NCBI RefSeq assembly: GCF_009914755.1
Contig: NC_060926.1
Source of the DNA: the human T2T-CHM13v2.0 reference genome, Homo sapiens
Reading direction: 5' to 3' (one strand)
Length of the DNA stretch: 64,000 bases
Shown here: one piece after another, positions 1-11,500 of the stretch
Layout: each line of letters starts with the position of its first letter
How positions within the stretch are numbered: position 1 is the first letter of the stretch
Program-made: the position numbers and the translations under genes
The notes under the pieces: generated by a model
What the model was told of the DNA's origin: nothing
The model's database searches: none
The model's input: only the letters and a program-made list of their open reading frames with translations

Positions 1-1833
1 TCACAACAACTGTAGGTGACCTAACTTACGTTCCTAATACAGATTAGGAAATAAACCCAGAAATGTGCATGCCTTGTCCAGGGTTAAACTTGTGAGTGCT
101 AGGCCCAAGACTGGACCCCATGTCTGGTTAGCCACAAAGCTTGTTTACTCTTTCTACAATGTTAAGAGTCCAGATGTTCTCAGGGAGAGTGTAGTAATAG
201 CTCTAGAGTAACCAGGATTACGTAGGGCACAAGTAATCCAGGCCTACACATGGTTTCCCCAGGAAAAGCCCTGTGCTGCAAACTTGAGTGGAACCCTCCT
301 AGGAGACCACCCAACTCCCAGCAACAACATCTGCCCAGCAGCCCTTACTTGAGTCTGAGATCCGCAAATATCAAGGTTGCTGGGGCTCGATAGACAGTCG
401 CATCCGTAGTGCACCTTACTTAACAGAAATAACTACGGCCCAGAGAAGCTCAATTCTCTCCTGAAATGTTTGCTAAGCACCTCTGTTATTTCAGTGTGTG
501 CTGGGAAGAGACATGGAAACAGACAAATGCAATGAGTAGAATCAAGTGGTGGGGTACACACACGCAGGATTGATGGAAGCCCATCAGATGGACAACTCCT
601 GTCTAGGTCCGTCAGAAGGTGTCCTGGAAGGGGTAGCACCTGAAGCAGAGTCCGGAACGAAAAGAATTTAGATAATAAGAGAGACAGCAGCAGCACTCTA
701 TGCAGGGAGGATGGTGTGAGAAGTATTTAGAGACTTATCCCAGTTAACACCATGAATGCCAAGCCCTGGATGGAGTTCATAAAAGATCTTGCAAAGACTG
801 GAGTTTGTGGTTTACAAGAGGATGTGGCTGAAGCAGAGGCTTCCTGGCCATTTGGACCAGTCTTCTAAATTCACAAAGTGCTTATTATTCAGTGACATCC
901 CTTCTGTGTCCTTAGCACCTGGCTCAGCAGCAGACACCTGACCCAGTGCCTGGCACATGGAGGTGTTCAGCAAATAACTGTTCATGGATATAATTTGTGC
1001 CAGGAGAGGGTGGCCTCTATATGCTCCAAAATTTCCTTCCAACCCCAGGTGTCTAAGATGCACATTATTATAACAGGAGCAGACTTTGTAAGTATTGACA
1101 CCTATCATTGGCTTTTGCTAGGGCACATATAGGCTGATCCAATTTTTTTGTTCTTTTCCCTGCCTGTGATTAAGCAGACATGGGTCTGTTGCCTAATGAA
1201 TGCCCGTTTGAATTGTGCACTGTCGACCATTCGCCTGTGTGGTTGCTGGGGGCCGGGGGTGGGTTGCTGGCATGCACACCCCAAGCCACTATATAATGAG
1301 CTTCCACCGCGGTGGAAACCCAGACCCAGCAAGCTCCTGCTCCCTTGCCCTCTGAAGACTTAGCCAGTAGAAACCTTTCATTTTCTAATCCCCTTGGTGA
1401 TAAGACACTTTATCCTTTTTTCTACCAATCTGGACCTGGGGCAGGTCAAGGGGCCTGGGCCACAGGAATGAGGGCAGAGGTGTGGCGAGGTAGCAGGCCT
1501 GGGCTCTGAGTTTCTACGCTGCTGTGAACTACTTGCCTATTATGAGGACCAAGGCTGTTGGGAGGGTCGACTGAGCTAAAGTGTGTGAAGGGCTTAGCCC
1601 TGCCTAGGCTGGAATAGCGACTGTTACTATGATCAGCCACAGGGATTCCAGGGCAGAGTTCTTTTGACTGGGCAGTGGTACCGGAATGGAGGATCTATTA
1701 GGATCCGTCAAACACAGGTTACAGAGACCCTCCCCTGCTGCAACCGAAGCAGCTCCACTTTTACCAGTTTTTACATATTAGTTGTTATGTAGACTTTTAG
1801 GAAGGAAAATGAGAAGTTTCGCTTGTATATATG

Positions 1834-2199
1834 TGCTATGGTCTGAATGTTTGTGTCCCTCCAAAGTTCATATGCTGGAAACTAATACCAAATGTGATAG
1901 CATTAAAAGGCAGGGCCTTTTGGAAGTAAGTCATGAGGGTTCTGTCCTCATGAATAAGATTAGTGGCCTTATAAAGGAAGTTGAGGGGAACTGCCTTGTC
2001 CGTTCCACCGTGTGAGGACACAGCAAGAGGCACCATGTTGAAGCAGAGAGTAACCCTCAACAGACACTGAACCTGCTGGCACCTTGATCATGGACTTCCC
2101 AGCCTCCAGAACTGGGAGAAATACATTTCTATTATTTATAAATTACATAGTCTAAGGTACTTCATTGTACCTTACACTGAGCCTGAATGGACTGAGATA
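1834..2199 (+). mobile_element. MaLR solo LTR, MLT1A-like
   Basis: Starts tgctatggtctgaatgtttgtgtcc; contains gacttcccagcctccagaactg and ttataaatta motifs. Confidence 0.85.
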
Positions 2200-3267
2200 A
2201 TATGTTTGAAAACCACTATCAAGTCCAAGTCTTACAATTTTTGATAAAGCAGCTAAGGTCTAGAGAGGAAAGAAAGGCCGAGAGTCACCCAGATGGTGGA
2301 GTGTGACCTGAAGGACCGAAGTGTGCAAGAGCTTTGTAAACGATGGCCCTGCACAAACTCTAGGGGTTCTTGTTATCCCGACTCTTTTCACTGTAATCCT
2401 AGGTCCCTTTCATTGTGGCCTTCTTCCCTGACCCAGCCCACCCTCTTTGGTGATTAGCTCAGTGACCAATATCTTGCAGATATTATCTTTCACAGGTATC
2501 AGATATTATCTGCAATAATTACGAATTATCAATCACACATCAAATGTCTTAAAAAGTGTGCCTATTCATCATCTGTGGCTCTTAGATGTATACAAGTTGG
2601 ATAATTGTCCAGTGTCCCAACAGCAAACGAGGGCCAAAAAATTCAAATTTGGAGCCTGCATCCCTCACTGAGCCCATAAATGCCCCTTGTCAGGTAGGTG
2701 TCATTTCTGTGCACTTGAATCCCCATCCATATATATGACACCACTGTAGGAACCAAACTCTGAAACAAAGACCTTTCCTAAGAGATGAAGGGAAAGACAA
2801 AATAGGAACCAAGATTCATTTAACCCACAGATCAGTCTTTCAAGAAAGGTAGCAAGCTTCACAAATGAGTAAAGTGAGCCTGAGAGAGGTTAAACGAATC
2901 GAAGGAGGCCATACAGCTAATAAATGGTGAATCTTTTATTTAAACCCAGTTGTCACCATCCCCAAAGCTGTTCCACGCTGATACCTCTCGGCAAAGAGAC
3001 ACAAATACTAAAACCTGGGAGCTATTAACAGAACCCCTCCTCTCTTCTTCCCACCCATTCTGGGAATGTTTTCTGGAGCTCCCAGACCCAAGGGAATAGA
3101 GAGGAGATGAAAATATCATTGAAGCTGAATGAATTTTTCAACTTTCCTTGAACTTAATCACAATTCAACCAGATTTGGACAGAAGCCTTTGAACACCTAA
3201 ATCTTCTTCCTTCTTCAAGGAGAAACTTCTCTTCACCCAGACTGTTATAGTTTTTAAAGGATAAGCA

Positions 3268-3635
3268 TGATTTTAGTCCACTCGGGTGGTGTAACAAAAT
3301 ATCATAGACGAGGTGGCTTAAACAACAGGCGTTGGTTTCTCCCAGTTCTGGATCCACGAAGTCTAAGATCAGAATGAGGGCAGATTTGGTGTTTTTTGAG
3401 GACCAGCTTCCTGGTGGATAGACAGCCGTTTTCCCGCTGTGTCCTCACATGGAAGAGAGAGAGGGGGGAAGCAATCTCTCTCCTGTATCTTCCTGAGAGA
3501 GCACTAATCCCATTCATGAGGGCTACACTTTCTTGACCAATTACCCCCCAAGGCCCCACTTCCAAATCCCATCACCTTGGGGATTAGGGTTTCAACATAC
3601 GAATTTTGAGGGGACACACAGATTCATTCTATAGC
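3268..3635 (-). mobile_element. MaLR solo LTR, MLT1A-like
   Basis: Reverse-strand MLT1A features (gcactaatcccattcatgagggc, atcaccttggggattagggtttcaacata); ends ctatagca. Confidence 0.85.
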
Positions 3636-3644
3636 AAGCATCTG

Positions 3645-3860
3645 ATGTAAGGAAAAGAGAACAGGATTCGGAATTGGAAGACCTTAGCTCCATTTCCTGT
3701 TCTGCCCATTTATTTACTATGAGATCCCCCAGGCAAGTCACTTCACCTGTTGAACCTCTGTTTTCTCATATGTGAAATAGAAACAAAGGGTCGTGAAGAT
3801 AACTAACTTCTTCTAAATTGCCACACTGCATAAACTGTAAAGTGGTCTACAAATGCAATT
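3645..3860 (+). mobile_element. MIR SINE (one of many MIR fragments in the window)
   Basis: Core ggcaagtcacttcacctgttgaacctctgttttctcatatgtgaaatag. Confidence 0.75.
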
Positions 3861-4324
3861 ATAAGGACAGATGGCCTCAGCAATATGGCAGCTTTTAGGT
3901 ATTAAAATTAAAAATCTAAGTTGGATTTAAGGGTGAAGGTAAACTAGGACTTGACTGGAGGTGAGTCAACAGCAGTGGGAGATGGCCCCTGGGGTGTCCC
4001 ATCCAGCGAGCATAGGTATCCCCATAGCCCCTAATCTGCAAACCCAGGCTCTGAAGACCCACATGAGATTGATAGGTAGAGGCTGAGGAAGGGCCTCACA
4101 GAAAGGAGCCTGACCCATCATGCTAAGCCTCCCAAACTGTACTGTCTATTATATTAACCTCAGAGACCTCTAGCCCAGACTGTGCCTGCAAGAACCTCCA
4201 AGAAATTGTCCCAGCCCTTCATTCATTCTTGTATTCTAGGCACTCCTATCTGCATGCAGACAGACAAAAAGTGGAGTACCTTTAATTTTTATTCTCTATT
4301 TTTTAATTAACTCATAATATTTGC

Positions 4325-4990
4325 TGGTATTATGGGTTGAATTGTTTCCACCCAAAATATATGCTCAAGTCTTAACCCTGAGAGAGCACTAATCCCATTC
4401 ATGAGGGCTACACTTTCTTGACCAATTACCCCCCAAGGCCCCACTTCCAAATCCCATCACCTTGGGGATTAGGGTTTCAACATATGAATTTTGAGGGGAC
4501 ACACAGATTCATTCTATAGCAAGCATCTGATGTAAGGAAAAGAGAACAGGATTCGGAATTGGAAGACCTTAGCTCCATTTCCTGTTCTGCCCATTTATTT
4601 ACTATGAGATCCTGACTATAAATGTGACCTTATTTGAAAATGGGCTCTTTGCAGATATGATCAAGTTAAGATGAGGTCACAATTAGAGTGAGCTTTAATC
4701 CAATATGACTTGTGTCCTTATAAGAAGAGGCAAAGAAATAGAGATACATCTAGAGAGGAAACAGCCATGTGAAGATGGAAACAGGGATTGGAGTGATGCT
4801 GCCATAAGCCAAGGAAAGCCTGGGACTACCAGAAGCTTGAAGATGCAAGGAAGGATCCTCCCCTAGAGGCTTTGGATGGAGCACAGTCCTGTCAATACCT
4901 TGGTTTCGAACTTCCAGCCTCCAATACTGTGAGTGGACAAATTTCTGTTGTTTTAGCTGCTCCGTGTGTGATACACTAGGAACGAACACA
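4325..4990 (+). mobile_element. MaLR LTR, MLT1B/C-like, interrupted by a 236-bp templated insertion
   Basis: aatgtgaccttatttgaaaatgggctctttgcaga; gccataagccaaggaaagcc; aaggaaggatcctcccctagag. Confidence 0.85.
4377..4612 (+). repeat. Direct duplicate of 3492-3727
   Basis: 236 bp, one mismatch (C3600/T4485 at a CpG), offset 885. Confidence 0.97.
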
Positions 4991-5729
4991 CTGGGGATTC
5001 TCCTGGAATTCCAGAATATTGCTGAACTATAGGGCTACAAAGAAAAATAAAACATGATTCCTCCTATAAAAACTTGCATTTCATACTAGTTACAGTATTC
5101 ACAAGTAGCATAGCCTTGACTGGTCTAGTGCTCCTGTGGAATAATGGAGAGTACTCTAAATATCACCCTGCTACCATTGCTTGGGGATCAGCCTAGAAGA
5201 CACAGGCCATGAGGAAAGTAAACATCTTCATTTTTCAGGCAGATAGTATTTACAGAAAGTGATATTGACAGGTAAAACAGGAGCTGCTATGTGTCTGTGC
5301 AGCTAGGGGTGCATACCAACGTCCCAGGTAAGTTTCACATCTAGAAGTGCAGTGAGCAGAAGTTAGCCCATTTATAAGAATTCTTTTCCTCAAGACCTCA
5401 CCCCTTGTTTCTGGCACAAAACTCTCCTGTGCTCTCATATCTTTTCCCAAGACCATGTGGGGCTCTACCTTTAATTACTATTTACTAAATATTCATGAAG
5501 TTTTTCTCATTATGATATTTTCATACAGTAGAGGTCCCATTTTATAGGCAGGTGTGTGTGCATACTTGAACTTCAATTATCACATTCTCTGCTGCATTCG
5601 TTCAATCTTCAACTGATTTCTTGGTATACCCCACTTGTGTAGTTTAAAAGTCTGACTCACTCCACAGTTCTGCTAGCTATTCCTCCCTTTTGTATTTGCC
5701 TCTTCTTAATGTCTTTCAGAAACATTTTT

Positions 5730-7000
5730 TGAGGTACCATTGACACATGGTAAAGTGTACATACTTAAAAGTATACAACTTGGTAAATCTGGCATATGTC
5801 TAGACTCACGAGACTATTAAATTTTGTATTTGACGTGGTATTCTGCAGTTTTGTTAAACTTACTTGTGTTAATTGCTTTGGGGGAGTTTCATATGGTTTC
5901 TTACACAGATGAGCATGTTGTCTGCAAATGGATAGTTTTATTTCTTTCCAATCTTGATGCTTTTAATTAATTATTATTATTATTATTATTTTGCCTGTTG
6001 CACTGGCTCAAGCTGTCAGAACAATGTTGAATAGACATAACAAGAGCAGAGACCATTTATATATTTCCTAAATTTCAGCCTACTAGTTCTACCAATTATC
6101 GAGAAGTGAAGTATTAAAATCCCTGACTATAGTTGTTGGTTTTGCTATTTCTCTTCGCAATTCTATCGGTATTTGCTTTATGTGTTTTGTAGCACTGTTA
6201 TTAGGTGCCAAAATGTTTTGTACTGTTCCATTATTTTAATGGATTGACCACTTTGTAATTATGAAATCACCTCACTGAATTTTGATAGCAGTCTTTGCTC
6301 TGAAATTTATATTGTTTTATATCAGCATAGCCACTCTAGCTTTCTTTTGGTTAGTGTCATCGTGATATATCTTGTTTTCCATTCATTTACTTTTAACCTA
6401 TTTATATATTCATATTTATGGTAGTTTTCTTATAAGCAGTTTATAGTTTTCTCTTGCATTTTTATCCAATCTGACAATCTCTGCCTTTTGGTAACATTTA
6501 ATGCAATTATTGGTATGATTGGGCTTGAATCAACCAATTTGCTATTTGTCTGCTATTTGTGCCATTTGTTCTTTTTTTTCCCCTTTTCTCTCTCTTATTA
6601 CATGTTTTAAAAAGTTAATTGAGCATATAATTCCATTGTCTCTCCTTTGTTGGTTTATTAGCTATAGCTGTGTTTTGTTATTTCAGTGATTGCTGTCAGA
6701 TTTTCAGTATACATCCTTAACTTATAGCAGTTTACATTCAAGTGATATTATGCCACTTTACATATTGTATAAGAACCTTATAACAGTAAGAAGTAAACTT
6801 CTAATGTTTCTTTCCATATCTTGGGCTCTTTTTGTTATGCATTTTATGCCTTCAGGTTATAAAACCCAGAATACATTGTTATTGTTTTTACCTAAAACCA
6901 ATGATTATTTTTAGTGTATTTAAAATAATACAAACAAACATCTTTACATTTACCCGTGCCATTACCAGTTTTTATTTCTTTGTGTACCTAAAAAGGCCTG
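5730..7000 (-). mobile_element. Old L1M fragments
   Basis: T-rich antisense L1 signatures (ttatccaatctgacaatctctgcctttt; agccactctagctttcttttggttag). Confidence 0.75.
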
Positions 7001-8751
7001 GTAGACATTGTGCTTCCTTTTGAAGTAGGAGATGAAAGATGCAGCCATTTACATTTTATTCTGAAAATAACGTCCCTGACCATTGGATCTTTAAAACTTT
7101 GCTTAAGTGGCAGGCCCTGAATTGTCTTAAGGTTTATCTCCCACCCTCTGAATGACAGTCATCTTAATAAGGCTAGCCAACACTTGCCCATCCATCTTGA
7201 TCAGCATAATGTTATCAATGTAATGGAATAATGTGATGATCTGTGAGATGTTCAGATGGTTATATCTTTTCAGACTACATTGTGAAAGAAAGCAGTAGAC
7301 TTAACCCAGTCCTGGGAAAATTGGTGACTAAGTATTGTTGTCCATTCCATGTCAGTGCAAACCGTTTTTGATCTTCTTTTGTGAGTTTGATAGAAAATAA
7401 TGCAGTTATGAAATCAGTGGCCTCATATCCTGTGCCTGAGGCCATTTAATCCGCTCTAGCAATGACATTACATTTGGCAAAACATTTTCGATTGAGGCTA
7501 ATGATTGGTTAAGCTTGCGGTCATCCACAGGCATTGCCCAGGATCTATCTGGTTTCTGCAGGAAGCCAATTACTCTATCAAATGGAAATATAACAGAGAC
7601 CATCACTCCTTCATTCTTTAGACACTTGGGGGTAGCATTGGTTACCATCATCTGCCTGAAAATGCAATGTTATTTTTTATTTGCTTTCTTGACTCAGGGA
7701 GGAGGGATGGGTAACCAATTTCAGCGCCCTTTATTTGGCCATCTCTACTGTGCTGGCCACAGGCCAAGGAGCCAGTGTGGGGATTATTATTACAACTGTT
7801 TAATATGTCAAATCCAATTATACACTTTGGTAATGGAGAAATGACCATCGAATATGCCTGCAGAGCTGGTGGCTCCAATTTGAGCTGGGCATTGGCAAGA
7901 ACTCATGATTCTTTGGCTCCAATGTCTCCACTTTAATAAGGAGCCATGATCGCACTTTGGGTTTCTGAGTATCAGTGTTAATCCTGCCCTGTGTTCAGAG
8001 GTCCTTGAAATGTTTCAATATTGCTGTTTCCTCAGTGATAGTCACCCAGATGAATGGCTTTAGTTCCATTTGGAAAGAGACTTAAGAATCATTACAGTAT
8101 ATACTTCTTGTGGTGTTCAGGGCCCTTTCTCCTGAGGATCCAGCTGCCTTTAATGGTAGTGGGTCTGGGTCTAAAACTTTACTCAAATATGGAAGCTGGG
8201 CAAAATTTTGTGACATTCTATTGAAGTCATTTTATTGCCCTCAGTCTCTCCTGCTCGTCATTCTTACTTTCTTTTTAATGTCTTACAGACATCATGGTAA
8301 CTGTGGCCTGTTAGGTTTTGGCAACTCGTTGTTAACAACTTACCTCTACTGATTCAGGCGCCATCCTCCCTATCACTGTCTGAAATTTAGCCCCATAGCA
8401 GCCTCTTTTCCACCATTAGCTGAGACCTCTAAAAAAGTGCTACCAAGGATCTTCTTAGTGACACCTCTCATCAGCACATTTCAGTACCAAATAGCCCTAT
8501 TACCAGTACACTCTTGATAATCTCGATGGACCTTTGAGCCACCATAAATCATAATCCTCTGGTGAATTTTCTGGCCTCACATAATACATCTACTCCAGCA
8601 GCCTCTCTTCCCTGAGGCTTTAGCCCCTTTTCTACTGTGCCGTAATAATTCAGGCATTTTAACGTGGCTCATTCTTGGCCATTACCTTCTCCAGGTTTCC
8701 AGGAACCTCCCTCTCAGCATGTTTTCACCATCCCCTAGGATCCTTAATGAG

Positions 8752-9270
8752 TGTGTTTTAGCTTTCTACTGCTGCTATACTGAATGATGACAAACTTAGG
8801 TAGATTAGAAGTCAAACACAGGTCTCACTGGGTTAAAATCAGGGTGTTGGAAGGGCTGTCTTTTTTTCTGTAGGCTCTGCAGGAGAATCCAAAATCAAGT
8901 TGTTGGTAGGGCTGTCTTTTTTTTCTTACGCTCTACAGGAGAATCCATTTCCTTTTCTTTTCCAGCTTTTAGAGGTCAACTGCATTCATTTGCTCCCCTT
9001 CTCCAGCAACACAGCATCTCTGATCCTGCTTTCATAATCACATCTCTTTCCCTGACCCTTCTTTTGCCTCTCTCTTCAACTTTTAAGGACCTTTGTGATT
9101 AGATTGGGCCCACTTGGATAATCCAGGCCAATCTCCCTATTTTAAGGTCAGCTGATTAGCAACATTAATTCCATCTGCAACTTTATTTTTTATATATAAC
9201 CAAACATATTTACAAATTCTGGGGATTAGTACTTAGACATCTTTGAGGAGTTATTGTTTTTTCATTCACA
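8752..9270 (-). mobile_element. MLT1C/D-like LTR nested in ERV-L
   Basis: gattagattgggcccacttggataatccaggccaatctccctattttaaggtcagctgattagcaac. Confidence 0.8.
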
Positions 9271-9440
9271 GGTAGCAAATTCTATGTTCAAAGAAAGTGT
9301 CACCAAATCAGTGCACTCTTCCTTACCAACTTTTATGTCCTAACCACCTTGATCCAAGGTTCTTTAAAATCCAGAAACACACATATTTGCTGGTCTTCAC
9401 TAACATATGGTAGCTAATTATTGTAGCCAGTTTTGGATTG

Positions 9441-9800
9441 TACAGGCAATCTTTGGCTTACATGTTTCAACTTACAATTTTCCAACTTTATGATGGTGCA
9501 TTCAGTGGAAATCATACTTTGAGTACCTATACAACCATTCTGTTTTTCACTTTCAGTATAGAATTTAATAAATTTAATAAATTACACAAGATATTCAATA
9601 CTTCATTATAAAATAGGCTTTGTGTTAGATGATTCTGCCCAACTGCACACCAATGTAAGTGTTCCAAGCACAGTTAAGGTAGGCTAGGTTAGCCTATGAT
9701 GTTGGGGAGGTTAGGTGTGTTAGATACATTTTTGACTTATGATATTTTCAACTTACAATGGGTAGTTAAGTAAGGATATCCCCCACCGTAATTCAAGAAA
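9441..9800 (-). mobile_element. MER47-like TcMar-Tigger MITE
   Basis: aataggctttgtgttagatgattctgcccaactg; taaggtaggctaggttagcctatgatg. Confidence 0.8.
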
Positions 9801-10124
9801 AAAAGTAGTCCCTTTCGTCCCTGATCAGATGCTGTAAGGAGCCATGATGGCACTCTGGGTTTCTTGGCATCAGTGTCAGTCCTACCTTGTGTCCAAAGGT
9901 CCTTGAAAAGTGTAGCTATTCCTGTTTCCCTAGTGTACAACTGCCCACGTAAATGACTGTAGTTCCCTTGGTGGAATGAGTGAGAAATCATTAAAGAATA
10001 TATGTATATAGATTATATACCTGGGTTATGTGGCTATTAACATAAACTATTGGCCTGACATCCAAAAGAGGAGGTTTTGAAAGAAGCCATGTTGTCTTGC
10101 AAGGGAAATGCCTTTGCAAATGTC

Positions 10125-10170
10125 TATTAGGTTGGTACAAAAGTAATTACAGTTTTTGCCATTAAAAGTA
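10125..10170. mobile_element. Half MADE1 (Hsmar1 MITE)
   Basis: TA + ttaggttggtacaaaagtaattacagtttttgccattaaaagta; second arm absent. Confidence 0.85.
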
Positions 10171-10424
10171 CACATGAGGAATGCTAGCTCTTGTGTGCAT
10201 GGGAAGGGAAGAGGCACTTTTTTGGGCTTTGAGTCTCCAGGATTCCCGGGAGCTAAAATCTTCAGAGAAAATTCACCAAGATGTATCAGGAATGCAGGTT
10301 TTCCCAAGTAGGGCCATGAGTTTGGCAAAATAGACCTGCGTTGGCTGAGTGTTCAGTTGTCTTTGAAGCTCTGCACTAAGGATTAAATCCTGAGTTTGAA
10401 CTCCAGCATTTTGTGTTTTCCCAC

Positions 10425-10748
10425 CATAAAAAACTGAATGCTCATGTCACTCCAAAATGCATATGTTGAAATCTTAACCCCTAAGGTGATGGTATTAGGA
10501 GGTGAGGCCTTTGGGTTATGATTAGGTCATGGGGGCAGAGCTCTCATGCCCTTATAAGAAGAGACCAGAGAGCTAGTTTGCCCTCTCTTCTTCAGGTGAG
10601 GATACCCTTAGATATCTGTCTGCAAACAAGAAGAGAGGCCTCACCAGAACCTGACCATGCTGGCACTCCAATTTCAGAAAACTTCTGTTGTTTATAAGCC
10701 ATCCAGTTAAAGGTATTTTTATTATAGCACCCTGAGTGGACTAAGATA
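10425..10748 (+). mobile_element. MLT1A-like LTR nested in ERV-L
   Basis: gtgatggtattaggaggtgaggcctttggg; accagaacctgaccatgctggcac. Confidence 0.85.
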
Positions 10749-11108
10749 CCCACTAAACCATTTGAAGAACTTTTCTGTGAGCTACCCAAGAGATGTTCTT
10801 AACTTCACACTTTGTTAATGGTCCTCGATTTTTCATTACCCTTTGGTACTGCAATGCAATCCCATTGTCCTTCTATGCATTGTTTTTTCCCATACTTTTA
10901 AAATGCTTGAATCAACGTGTTGGCCATATCTCTTCACCAGAACATCTTTCTAAAGTTACCATTAGTGGAAATGTTAGCAATTGAGCCACCCCTTTATGCT
11001 AGGGATTATCTGTGCCCCACATACTACCTGGTGTGGGGTCTTCACTGCCCACAGACTGGCAAGTGTTCCAGTCTCCAAAACCCATCTAACCACTTGCTTT
11101 CTTGGATC

Positions 11109-11126
11109 ATCCCACTTTGCTGCCAC
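11109..11126 (-). other. tRNA-Leu primer binding site
   Basis: atcccactttgctgccac abuts the LTR terminus and resembles the tRNA-Leu 3' end atcccaccgctgccacca. Confidence 0.7.
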
Positions 11127-11500
11127 TGTGTCAGTTGGGTCTTCTCCAAGTAGAAGCTAAGTTGCAATCGTGTGTGCAGGTACTCTACTGGGGAGAAATA
11201 CCTGTGAATGAAAGCCAGAGGAAGCAAGGCTGGGCAGGAGTCATCAGACATTGATGCAGAGCTGAAAAAGTCTTTATCATCCCAGAAGGGAGCTCCACAG
11301 CAAATATTGCCCATTAGAGACAGGGTTTTTGTAACATCATCCCTCGCTTGGTCATTGGTGGGGCCGCTCTGAGAACAGCACAACTTTAGCTCCAGTGCTG
11401 AGATGGACCTGAAAGAGTTAACTGCTAGAGGTTGCTAACTAGTTACACTCAACCTATCCTTTCTTGAAGTGGAACCTGAGCTTCACCTTCGTGGGTCTGC
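11127..11500 (-). mobile_element. LTR16-like ERVL 5' LTR
   Basis: tgtgtcagttgggtc..acctgtgaatgaaagccagaggaagcaaggctgggcagg..gatgcag pattern; distal end approximate. Confidence 0.7.

Larger units (their letters stand above)
7030..11126 (-). mobile_element. Decayed ERV-L internal region (HERV16/ERV3-16A3-like gag-pro-pol) with nested insertions
   Basis: RT remnant FPFDRVIGFLQKPDRSWAMPVDDRKLNQ ~ [43 protein letters not shown]; protease TFQGPLDT; adjacent PBS and LTR. Confidence 0.85.
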
